Below, one piece after another: positions 53,120 to 64,000 of a DNA stretch of 64,000 nt. Location of the stretch: positions 42,470,001-42,534,000 of the forward strand of contig CM060731.1 in the NCBI GenBank assembly GCA_030704615.1, given 5' to 3'. The notes under the pieces were generated by a model. The model was not told the origin of the DNA. It worked only from the letters and a program-made list of their open reading frames with translations, and searched no databases. Position 1 is the first letter of the stretch, and each line of letters opens with the position of its first letter. Position numbers and translations under genes: made by a program. The DNA comes from Takakia lepidozioides (taxonomy: Eukaryota; Plantae; Bryophyta).

Positions 53120-53420
53120 ACGTTTCAGATGTGCGTTCAAGGACAACCTCTTCGCCAGGGAGCTGCAGACAACAAGAAGGAGCGTGGAGTTTACACACCA
53201 GGAGGGGGCGGGAAAAGTTGCAATGCGAATTGTGTATAGATAAAGCCCAGCTCCCGTTGTATGCAAAACCTGGGATATGAGGTTTGGCTGGGAAATGCGG
53301 CACCGCATTCGCACTTTATGTTTTCGGTTGCACTCTGCGAATACATTGTTCAAAACATGTGCTCATGCTTGGTGACTGTGTTGCAGGTATATGAAATACG
53401 TGCTACTTAAGACATGGGCC
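53120..53420 (+). pseudogene. Displaced continuation of the family 1 ParB-like gene (exon end, intron with family 1 palindrome, next exon start)
   Basis: RFRCAFKDNLFARE..RSVEF..EGAGKVAMRIVYR aligns with family 2 WRYCFFREF..RSNDF..GGEWAMMRVVYR. ggaaatgcggcaccgcattc at ~53292. ttgcag|gtatatg encodes YMKYVLL. Confidence 0.8.
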
Positions 53421-54082
53421 CTGGCGCAAGAGCAACGACGCAATGGCGTGAGCGTTGCACGTGAGCGCGCGAGCGTACGCTCACGCAGGAGTGACGTGGC
53501 GTGAGCGTACGCTCACGCCAGCTGACGTGGCGTGAGCCTGCACACATGCTGACGTGGCGTGAGCGTCATGTCAGCATGCTGATGTGGCGGTAAATGATGA
53601 CGTGGCACTGTCCGTCAACTGCCACGTCAGCATTAACATGCGCCGCCTATAACCGTGGATGGTCCTATGACCGTGGAATTAATGCAGGGAATCTTGCCTA
53701 AATAGAATCAAGACGAGCGTTGAGGCCTACAATTGCAGCATCCAACATTGTGCAATTACAAATGTTTGTTTCACTTTTACAATTACGAAGACGACAAAAT
53801 ATCCTCACAAAGTGTGCGCCATAAAGGCTGCCACGAGAAGACTTCCTCCCTCCTCAAATAACAATGAGAGTTATGATCATCTTCAAAAGATGATTGTAGT
53901 GCATAGCGACAGCAAGACATGTAGACTTCGAACGGTGCAATGACAAATGTGCACTACCTAAAAGTTGTCACTCAGACCTCACTCCGTATAGTTGGAGGCC
54001 ATATCATTGCACAGCCGACGAATTGATGTGAATTACACATTTCAAATCATGGTCATCCACATACCACATTACATAGTTCATG

Positions 54083-57000
54083 CTACCCATGTGTTGTATC
54101 CCGCTGCAAAAGAGTATCGACCTCGTTGAAACTCATAGTGGCCTGGTGAATGAAGTTGTCACGTTTGGGATCGCAAACCATCCTCCTCAAAAATATGAAA
54201 TACAAATGTTTGCAGGGTATGAATTTACCTCTCTTGCCCAAACTGGTTGATAGCATATTCACAAAATCAGGACATGTGCAATTGGGGAAATTGGAAACCG
54301 TGATGTCGTAGGTCCTGTCATGAACAGCAGATGTGGAAGTGATGATTGTGAATACCCGACCATATCCTGGATCGGGTACTTCCGTGGTGCTTCCGACACG
54401 AGCTTGGAGCATTCTTGCGGACTCCACTTTGCCAAAGTGTTCAGCGGTTGGAGGGAAACGCCGAACGAGCTTTCCATCTCGTTTGGTTGGCCACAAGTCA
54501 GGATTTGCCGGGGGGACCCGGGAGGACGCAGGAGTAGTAGCACATGCATGGAGTTGGGGTTGTCTCGCAAGGGAAAAACCTGCCTCCTCCAGCATTTCAA
54601 TCTCCTGAAAGCTGAGATGTGTTCCCACCTTCACGGGCCAAACGGTTGGAGGAGATGGCTTCATCACTACGGAAGGACGCACAGTTCCATGCACACATCT
54701 GGCACAATCATCTGCGCAGAACCAGAACTTGTGGTTCTTGGCTTCTGGTTGACCGTATGGACGCATCAAGCCCGTGAAAGTCGGAGCAGGAGTTCGGGCA
54801 CCACCTCTGGATATAGATGAAGTGCACTTCTCGAAATTAGTTGCCCTGATCGCTGTACATTTCACACGAGACCCGACACTTGTGCGTTCTATGTGCCAAA
54901 CGTGGTCGGGGCATGCGGACTCAAGCACATCAAGGGGGTTGTTTCTCTCCTGCACCATTTCAGTGGCACGGTTTGATGCTGGAGCTTGCCGTCGTGTTGG
55001 AGGTTCCTCCACAATGGAGGTTCCGGACACGGAGCTGTCATGCAGGGGAACACGAGGCTTCGAGAAGTTATCACGGTCTGCCCTGTGGGAATCTGAATCC
55101 GAACCAGGTGGAGTGTTCAATTTCCTCTTACAGGAGCCGAATCTCTCCTCCCCTTCAAGATGTGGAACTCTAGAAACAAGTGGCGTTCCCTGGGCATACA
55201 TGCTCACCGCCCGTGCTATCTTGATTGGATCCCCAGATCTGTTTGCAGCACGCAACATCAACTCCGATTTGTCCGGACCCTTGCCACCAACCCCACCTCG
55301 TAAGAAATCACGGTATCGGGTTTGTTGTTGCAAGGCACGTATCAAATCATCTGTTGTTGCCACATACAAATCCCGACCTCGTTTCCCAGACTGCTGCAAC
55401 CATGCATTGTGCACAGTTTCTGCCAAATTGCAAGATGGCATGTCTGCCATTTCCTCAATGGACATGTTCTGCAAAGAGGATAACCACACTTCAGAATAGT
55501 GCACAGGAAACAACATAAAGAAAGCAATGAGTCAAAAATATGGAAAGCAAATGTATGAATAAAGCATGAAATAGAAGCCTCGTACCATTGTCATGGCTGC
55601 TCCCCACTGTCTATACCGGAAGTGCCAAAACGCCAGCCAATCTTCCAATGCTCTCATACTCTCAAGTGATGCAGCTCCAGAAGAGAACCACCAGGCACGA
55701 ATTGTCTGGAACAAAGTGTCCGCCTCCTTCATTGTTCTAGCATCTTTGTACTCTTTGCACAATTTACGGTGCTGAGTCTGCATCTCTGGTTTGATGTCCG
55801 ACTTTGTATGTTTTTCCAGAGATTGTGTCCAATGGAATAGACATGTACGCTCTCTTCCTGGCATAGGCACTTTTGGGTCGCCCGATCCGAAGACAATACG
55901 AATAGCATTGAAATTTGCTTGAGCACTATCCGCCATGAAACCTGCGAAATTTGGAGATGGCAGCCCATGGCAGCCCATGACACGTATCAGGGAATTCCAC
56001 ATGAGCTTCTGGGATTCCGTATCCTCGGATTGCATGTCACAAACTGCAATTGTCATAACTCGTTGGTACACTGGATCGTAGACATGACAAGCCATTGTCG
56101 TCCAATCCTTCACTCGTTTCACATGATCAAACATAAGAAAACAGTTCTGCAAGTCCCCAGTCTTCTGCATCCGCTTCACGAGGCTAACCCCACTGCCCTC
56201 CCCAACAGTCGACATTTTGAAAAGAAAAACTTTGATGGCACCTTGACCTGGGAATACATTGTCCTGGATGTAATCGTACTTGCTCAGTCGTTTCAATTCC
56301 AAAATATTGTCTATGTAGCCTCTGATCCCAGAGCCCATTCTCAATGCATTGATCTGATGCCGAATGTTAGGTGAACTTAAAGTGGAGAAATGATCCATGA
56401 CCAGGTCCAATGCTGCACCGTCAAGTTTAGTCCCCACAGAATCTCCTTCACTCAAAATATGGCTTTCCAAGAAGGACTTGCTTGCGCCAAGAGCAATTGC
56501 AGATGTTGTTGCGGATGGGTTTCTCCCGAACTCCTGTTTGATCAACCTCGATACTGTCTCAACACTCTCCCTGTAATCCCCCTTCGAGACAGGATGGTTA
56601 TGGAATCCAAAATGCACACAAGCTCTCGTCATTGTATTCAAACGGTGGACAACATAGTACATTCTTGCTCCGCAGAGCGCCAAGCAGGATGGCACAAGTT
56701 TGCAGAATTTGCAGACGAAAGTGTTTGCCGGTGGAGGGGCAGTCCCAGGCTGAAATGGATTCTCCGCCAGACCCTCCCATTCGCTTTGATTATGAACTCC
56801 AGACTGAAGAAAGTGTCTGCAATTCAAATTATCACACCTAAGGTGTCCATTGCAAACTGTCCTCCTGAAAACAAGCTTGTCATCATTCTGAATATTGGAT
56901 GTTTTTGTTCTGCACCACGGGTGCCCGTCGTGTTTCTTGTCCATTCCATGCATCATGATTGTTACACCTCCAACTCGCGGAGGAGGAGGCAGCTCGAATA

Positions 57001-57598
57001 GGATATCGCCATCAAAAGTCTCCGGCAAGAACTTCACAGGCACCTGCTTCAAAGATTCCCAATCAATTCCCCGCAACTCACTTTTGAATCCAGCCATTCC
57101 TCCCATCGCCCGCAATTTTGGAATGACACTACAAATCTCTTCTTCATCAGCTTCTGCAACCACAGTAGGAAGGACTGGATTTGGAATTTCACTTATGTCA
57201 TCATCGGAAGAATCCGAAAGCTCAACGATTGGAGTGGAGGAAGTCTGTTCTTTTTTCACCACCACCTCCCTCTTGTCTTCAACGACCGAAGCAGCAGTCC
57301 CGGGCGTCACATATGACCCAAGGGACTTTCGCCGAGGCTCTCCAAGTACTCTGTATCGACCAGGACGCACTCTCCACTGGCTGATATGAGCCGTCTCATC
57401 ACGGTTTTGGAAAGAATATTTCACCAACTTCCCTTTCAGATCGTAAACCTCTTTCTCCAAAAAGATGGAGCCATTCTGCAGCTGAAAACGGGTAGCCAAG
57501 ACATGTTCCAGAACAATTGCAAATCCATTGTCAAGGACTTCCTGGGAGAACGGCACTGGTTTGTCGTCTGAGAAGAACTCCGCTTCAGAGGAAGCCAT
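54083..57598 (-). CDS. MULE-like DDE transposase with GCM-like Zn domain and C-terminal SWIM finger; 2 exons (57598-55586, 55468-54083), ~1132 aa
   Basis: Open frames joined by a phase-0 GT-AG intron (55585-55469). Motifs: DGHPW..CNGHLRC..C..HNHP (WRKY/GCM1-like), MFDHVKR (D), FMADSA (D), CLFHW (CxxH), NLAETVH (E), CTCPDF..PCKH (SWIM). Confidence 0.9.
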
Positions 57599-58453
57599 CT
57601 TCCTTCCTCGAGTATGTTTGTACCTTGCTATCGCAGATCTAGTGTAAATCGGTTTACTGCTGTCTCCAGAACACAGTTGAAGAATGAGCAGAGCATATGG
57701 CGGAGGAAGCTCAGATAACGACTGTGCATATTCTGTTATTCATTCCAGATATGCAGCCGTCCATTTTAATTACTTTTCTTGTGGGCCCAGTGGTCAGAGA
57801 ATCCATAGGGGCAGTGTCGGCAACTGTTAAACCGTTAATCAGAACCTCATCAATAAACCCAATAACAAAGCCGACTTCCTGGAAGCATGCCACAGGATCC
57901 GAGAATGGGATTGCAGATTAAGTAAATGTATCTATATACTACTACCAATGATCATGCGCACCTGGAAAGTTCCAAATGTGCAACGAATGTGGGGTTTGGA
58001 TAACAAGGATGACCGTGTATGATATTCCAAAATTTGTCATCAAACTCTCGTTCATTTATATTTATTTGTTTAAGACTGCGCATCAATTTCTGGGATTCGC
58101 TGTTCTTTTTAAATATTGAACCAGTTATAATTTAGAACACGCCGTTTTGTTTTGGGCGGCACACGTCAGACATCCATAACTGAATACGAACAGCTGTACA
58201 CCAATTGCTGGCATGTGCACTAATAACGAAACGACTATGTGTAACGGTCACGCGGGAGGGAATCCGATGCTTCTAGAGACACGCAAGAACACAGGCAATC
58301 CCGCAAGAAATCGGGAGTCACTGCGTTTTTCTACTTTTCGCGCTTAGAGGGAGAGTGGTAGTCAAGCTGGAGAGGGTTCCTTCTAGAATACGAAAGAGAA
58401 GAAAGTCTCTTTATTTTACTTCCCTTAGAGAGAGACGCAGAGCAAGAGAGAAA

Positions 58454-61400
58454 ATGACGAGGCGTCGTTTGTTGGAGAACACAGGGCCAAGGCAGCAGGT
58501 GAACGCGGAGACTGATTCACAAGAGCAGACGGAGACTGAGGCAGCGGCTGCGACACAGTCGGCGATAAGAGTGCGCCAGCCTGTGGAGGCAGAGATGAAT
58601 CGCAGGGACACTGAAGAAGGTGGAAGCACGCGGAACGCCGAACCTGAAGAAGGTCAAGAAACCCTTGCGCAGACAGAAACTCCAGCAGATGTGAGAGGGA
58701 AGAGGAAAGCTGCAGAAGGGGATCAAAGTTCAAAACCTAAGAAGGTGCCAGTAAGTTTTATCATATAGTCTATGTGATTGCCTTTCAAGGAGTCCTTCCT
58801 CTTCCATTCTTTAGCAGGAACTACTGAATCGCGAGCGTCGTTAACGCCATTCGATTCTGCTCATGAGATTTATGTACCTATGTGTTTGAAGAGAGAGTCT
58901 GCACTTACTATTCTCCCTAAACTACACTGAATGTCGTTGCCGCCAATCAGTTGCACATATATGTCATTACACAACACCGATCCGGCAGGTTGTTATCTTT
59001 TGTGATTGTCGTTAACGCCGTTCGCTATCGCTCTCACTTTTGTTTTGAATACGGCAGTCTCGGCTTTGCATGTGTAGATTGTGCTGAATTCTTTCACACC
59101 ATTCATGGTGAGTTTCCTTGATACAGAGTGATTGTCGTTACCGCCATTCACTATTTGCAAATCACTTAGTCAGAACTGAATGGCATCGTGCAGAAAACTG
59201 TGAGGTCGAAGCCTACAGGATCAGAGGGGAAAGGATCTGGAGATGGGGACGAGTCCGCAAAAAGCTCAGAGAATACAGATGAAGCAGATGAATCCGAAGT
59301 GCACTACCTTGACAAGGTGAAAGAACTCATGTCATTCCAGAAGGTAAACTCTCAGGAGGTTATAAGGGACATGCTCGTATCTGGAGGGCGTCTGGACATA
59401 CCTCTGTGCCGGATGATATCAATGCCTGTTGTGCGTCCACCTCTTTCCCATGACATAACAAAATTGGAGAGTGATTTTGTGCATGGATATAGACTTGGTG
59501 CACAAGTTTTTTATGTGTCACTGACGGATATAAATGGGAAAAGCACATTAGTTTCTCCAGAGATCAGTGATAACTGGGATGAGTGCTGGAAAGATGCCAA
59601 TGAGGAGTTCGAGCTGGGCCTCATGATGGGAAAGAACACCCAGCAATTTTGCAACCACATGTTCTACGTCTGGGACGGCAACCACCGATTGCTGGCATGG
59701 ATGGGATACATTCAGAAACACCATTCGAAAGACAAAGACAAGCATGTTGCTGTGGAGGCAATGGTTTTGGATCCAGGAAACGACATCGCTAGGCTTCTTA
59801 CAGCTATGCACGACGTGAACAAGTAAGTCATCCAGGAGATTTGATTCCCTCTGTAGTGTCTTGTTGATCCTCAAAAAACAGTGTTAAGGAATGCAATGTT
59901 TCCAATGTTTTTGCAGATCGACAGAGAAATCGCATGTGACAACAAGCTTGGTTCACACACTATTCCGAATTCAGAGGATTGGTCTGATGAAGCTGGATGA
60001 TTTTCGGACAGTACTACCACCCAATATCATCAAGAAGTGCGAAACAGGAAGAGCTGCAGGCACTTGGTATTCTTTGACACGAGAGGCGTTTCTGGAGTAC
60101 ATGTATGCGGTAAGCCCGAGTCTGTAATCTGTTTACTTTTCGAATACATGTTTAGAGTCCCTTCGGAGCTAATCACTACTTGAATGAATGCAGCAAGAAC
60201 TGGCAGAGGCAGCTGAGAAGGGAAAATCCGAATATTACCGCACTACACCAGAGGAACTAAGGACATCAAAGGGTGTGGAAGCTGCAATAAAGAAGGAGTT
60301 TGAGATGCGAAGAACCAAATTGATGTCAGCCTTCGGAAAGCAGCTTAGAATAGTAGATCCTGGACTTGGTCCTGAGTTCCTTCAGCAGATCAAAACACAC
60401 TATGACAAGCATGTGCATCCGGAGATGCAGCAGGAGAAATTGCACCGGCTGGCCATATCGATGGTCGACCCACAAACAAAAATAAGGTGGCTGGAGATAT
60501 GGAACTCAGATCAAACAGTAAAGGACTTGAATCAGTTCCCAAAGAGCACCATACAGCCTGGCACAAAGGTGGAAGGAATCAGTGATTTGGTGTTTGATAA
60601 CTGGCTCCACAAGGCTACATTTTGGAGTCAGGTGTGTATTCGAACATGCTGTTTCTTCTCTTCAAGTATGTGATGTGTTTCTTTTTTGCAATTCTGACAA
60701 ATATACTATTTGCAGCTCGAAAAGCGCGCCGTCATTGTGCTGGATCAGACTTTGAAGGACCTGAACATTGCGATTGTTTCCCCTCCCCAAATGTCATTGG
60801 AGGCATACATAAGGAAGTGGAGAGGTCTCACCTGGAGATACTGTTTTTTCCGGGAGTTCTCCAAAGATGGTAACATTTTACGGTCCAACGACTTTGACAG
60901 TCAGGTTGGAGGAGAGTGGGCCATGATGCGAGTTGTGTACAGGTGAAATGTCATACTTGAAACTCTACTGTTTTTTTGGGAAAAATGTGGCTTCATATGG
61001 ATTGCAATCTTAGATCCAGATTGAATGTCGTTGACGACATTCACTTCTTTGTCTGAGTCATTCTTAAGCGAGTATATGAATTCACCTGGTTAGGATCTAA
61101 GGGTGCAATTATATTGTCCCTGATTAGAATTGATAATGTCCTTGAATGGCGTTGACGACATTCACATACGGAGTTGTTGTGTGGTCCTCAAGGTTATTTA
61201 AATTTTTGTAATGTCCATAGAGGTTACAATGAGGGTTGATCACTTCATTTTGCTGAATGTCAATGCAGACATTCAGTTGTTCTGCATTGTTTTTTCCTCT
61301 TGCGATGAATATGGAGGCTTCATAAGCTCTGTTTTAAGAAATCCAAAGTGAATGTCGTTGACGACATTCACAGCTGTGTCTGTATTATTCAAAAACGACA

Positions 61401-63741
61401 AATTCAATTTTCATGGATTGGGGAGCTAAGTAATTGGTTTCTTTTTTGTATTTTTGTGAATGGCGTTGACGCCATTCACATACAGTGATGTTGTGAGGTC
61501 CTCAGTGATAGGTTCGTTATGAATGTGCATTGAGTTTTCCTGGATGGTTCCTTACTCAATTTTTTTATTTCCATCCTGTGATTTTGCTTCATTTCAGTAA
61601 TAATTTGGCTTCATTCTTGAATGTCGTTGACGACATTCACTTCTATGTCTGTGTCATTTCTAATCGCTTATTTGCATTCACCTGGATTAGGATGTATTTA
61701 CAGTGTCATGGAATGGAATGTTCTGAATGGCGTTGACGACATTCATATCTGGAGCAGTAGTGTGGTCCTGAAAGGTCCTTGGAGCAGTTGTCAGAGCCAT
61801 TTCAATCCATGTTTTATTCTTTCTGTTCTACTTGCATCTTACTCACTGAGCGCTTTTGTGGGTTGGGATTCATCTCCTTTTTTCAGGTACACGAAATATG
61901 TGCTTATGGAAGGAAATCACCTGAGCGGAATTCCCGACTATCTTGACATGTGGTCGGACCCTGCAAACGATCCAACCATGTATACTGCAGGGATATTGAA
62001 GGACTGGAGTCCTTCTCACTTCAGAGACTGTGGGTGGTACCTTGACTGCCCACCTGAGCACACGACCTTTCAAGAACAGCATATGAAATACTTGAACAAT
62101 AACGCTGAGATGCTGGCGCCTTTGACTGACGAAGAGTATCAACGAAACATAGCAACCTTGGCTGCCAAGGAGCCTGATGCTCAGGGAACGCCGCAGAAGG
62201 GAAAGAAGGCGGGCCGCAAACCAAAAGACAAGGCTGTTGATGTCATAGCCATCTCACCAGCAAAGCCAAAGGACAAAGACAAGTCCAAAGAGAAGGAAAA
62301 GGACAAGGGGAAGGAGAATGAAAAGGAGATGGAGAGTGGGCAGGACTTTAGTGCTGGAAGATATACCCGCACTCTTCAGTGCGTGTTCGATGCCAAGCCA
62401 CACCCTTCCCGTTCTGATTCAGCAGGAGAGATGAAAATTGTTAATGAGGGTTGGCTTTCGATGATGCAGAGTCGAAAGAGAGGATACACTGGGGTGCCAT
62501 CCCCTACCTGGGACAATATAATCTCATTCCTCAATCTGGTGAGAATTCCAGTTTCTTTCCTTTTTCTCTGAATGTTTCGTTGGCAGTATTTCAGTCTCGT
62601 TCTTTGAACTTATAAAAAACATGTCTGTTGCAGGTGAGCACAGGTCCCACCTTCGTGTGCGGTGTGCAGAAAACTTATGCGGCCGACATTGTCATTCTCG
62701 ACATCCCGGATGGCCAGGCTGTGCCAGAAGTTCTTCCAAAGGGCAAGACGCCAGGGTGGAACAAATTCGAGGACAACTACTGGAGTTGGGTATTCGGGTT
62801 CTGTAACAATTTCCTCTCTGATGCAGGGACACTTCTGCTTTTTCAGTCATGTGACAATGATAGTCGTCGGGCATTGGCATCATACCTCAAGTCTTCAGGG
62901 TTTGAAGTTTTGCGCACATGGAATTGTGTGAACAGCCTCTACCTTGTGAAAGGGGGTTTCCCTGGTCAGCTGGTATGCCGTCTGCCTTCTGCTTATGCTT
63001 TGATCATGAGTTTCAATTTTCTCTGCAGCTCCACTCTAGTAGAATGTTTTATGATCGACACCGATCATCAACGATTCATGGTTTTTTGGTGTCAGAGTTC
63101 TGAATAGCCGATGTACACACTTCCACTTTAGATTGTGTTTACCACACTAACCTGCTATCTTTGGCAGACGAGGATGTTCGAGGCGATCTGCCTGCGGAGG
63201 ATTCGCACATCAAAGACACCATCCTCCATCCGCAGCTTTGAGATTTCTGACCAGGGTTGTTTCGTCAACCCCCCCTATGAGCCCCATGTCGATGACATTT
63301 TGTACAACTTCATGCAGTCCAGTCAGACTCTGAAGAGACCAGATGGCACTCCCTGGAGAGGTGCAAAGGAAAAGTCACCAGCATTCATGCAAATACTGCT
63401 GGAGTCATGCAGCCACCGCTCTGCACGGGTGGTCGATCTTTCTGTGTCCACAGGTTCGTTTTCTCCCTTCCGAATTGGTTTCCTTTCAACAGTTTCATCT
63501 GCTTAAATCCCCTCCTCCAAACTGTTTATGTTCTCCTGTCTGGTGCAGGAGCAACTTACCACGCATGCAAGGCAGGCGGAAGAAGCCTTTTTGGTATGGA
63601 GGGTGATTCTGACCTCTACAACACAGTGCTCCTCCCCCTTTTGTCTGGCTCCACTTCAGGCACACAGACTGATCGGATTCATATTCGAAATGATGACGAT
63701 CCCGAAGATAAGCAGGTCGACAACGACTTTTCATGTGAGTA
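58454..63741 (+). CDS. ParB/Srx-like domain fused to a beta-class N6A/N4C DNA methyltransferase-like domain; ~9 exons (approx. 58454-58750, 59194-59823, 59918-60109, 60194-60631, 60716-60942, 61887-62538, 62634-62972, 63168-63453, 63549-63741)
   Basis: Consecutive open exons flanked by YAG/GT. YVWDGNHRLLAW resembles the ParB/Srx DGxHR motif. ADIVILDIPDG..FLSDAG..EKSPAFMQILLESCS..RVVDLSVSTG|ATYHACKAGGRSLFGMEGD follows the motif IV..X-I-II order of beta-class amino-MTases. Confidence 0.8.
58830..59152. repeat. Family 2 palindromes in intron 1 (4 imperfect copies)
   Basis: gagcgtcgttaacgccattc, tgaatgtcgttgccgccaatca, tgattgtcgttaacgccgttc, tgattgtcgttaccgccattca. Confidence 0.75.
61022..61745. 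repeat. Family 2 palindromes TGAATG(T/G)CG-TTGA-CG(A/C)CATTCA in the long intron, 7 copies
   Basis: Starts at 61022, 61143, 61254 (degenerate), 61349, 61457, 61618 and 61724. Confidence 0.92.
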
Positions 63742-64000
63742 AGTGCTAAACCCTCTTTGGGAGTCATACTCAATTTCTCGATAACATCAAAGTTACAGTA
63801 ATAACTTTTTCAGGCTGTCTTTCAGGAAAGCCAGCGGTGGATCTTCAGGAGATACAGTCATTTCTGGCGAGTCTGTTTTCGACAGCCCCCTTTCCAATTT
63901 TCTGCTCCCTGTTTATGCCGAAGCAATGGCACTTCACGCGTCCGAGTCCCTATCCCCTGACTTTTTAGTGGCCAGCCGTAGGTGTATCCAGCGTGGATCC

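Larger units (their letters stand above)
53420..64000. mobile_element. Family 2 Mutator-like element, copy B, apparently intact; runs past the window end; left end approximate
   Basis: CGTGAGC/ACGTGGC-rich terminal region at 53440-53680, an uninterrupted transposase and a divergent nine-exon accessory gene. Confidence 0.85.

Noticed and set aside
54774-57389. Antisense ORFs of 150-240 aa over the transposase (also at 29179-29913 and 49428-50171)
   Set aside because: Shadow frames of a real coding strand with no motifs of their own.
58454-63741. Bacterial or phage contamination as the source of the ParB-MTase
   Set aside because: The gene has multiple GT-AG introns conserved between families and is embedded among plant-type TEs.

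Overview
Repeat-rich eukaryotic DNA, most likely a land plant (PLS-type PPR fragment, GT-AG introns, TTTAGGG-like repeats). No intact host gene is visible. Bases 1-19277 are ~6.5 near-identical tandem copies of a ~2941-bp unit, followed by a 500-N gap and a tandemly amplified PPR fragment. The rest is a nest of DNA transposons. The dominant element is a two-gene Mutator-like (MULE) cassette: a GCM-like/DDE/SWIM transposase lies head-to-head with a multi-exon gene whose product has a ParB/Srx-like domain (WDGNHR) and a C-terminal region laid out like a beta-class N6A/N4C DNA methyltransferase. Three divergent families occur: family 1 (pseudogenised, 21.8-31.2 kb plus 53.1-53.4 kb), family 2 (decayed copy A at 40.7-50.3 kb and apparently intact copy B at 53.4-64 kb) and a family 3 fragment (35.9-37.1 kb). 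Each family carries its own 22-bp palindrome with a shared architecture (9-bp arm ending in CG, 4-nt spacer, inverted arm). The palindromes occupy the same intron in all three families and, in family 1, also form a ~30-copy array with a 53-bp period. This suggests a transposon-encoded ParB/parS-like, sequence-specific self-marking or anti-silencing system (inference). Also present: a CACTA element with FCP1-like cargo that splits the family 1 gene into two oppositely oriented halves 31 kb apart, a Crypton-like remnant, a LINE ORF1 remnant and degenerate telomere-like repeats. All domain calls come from motif recognition by eye, not database searches.
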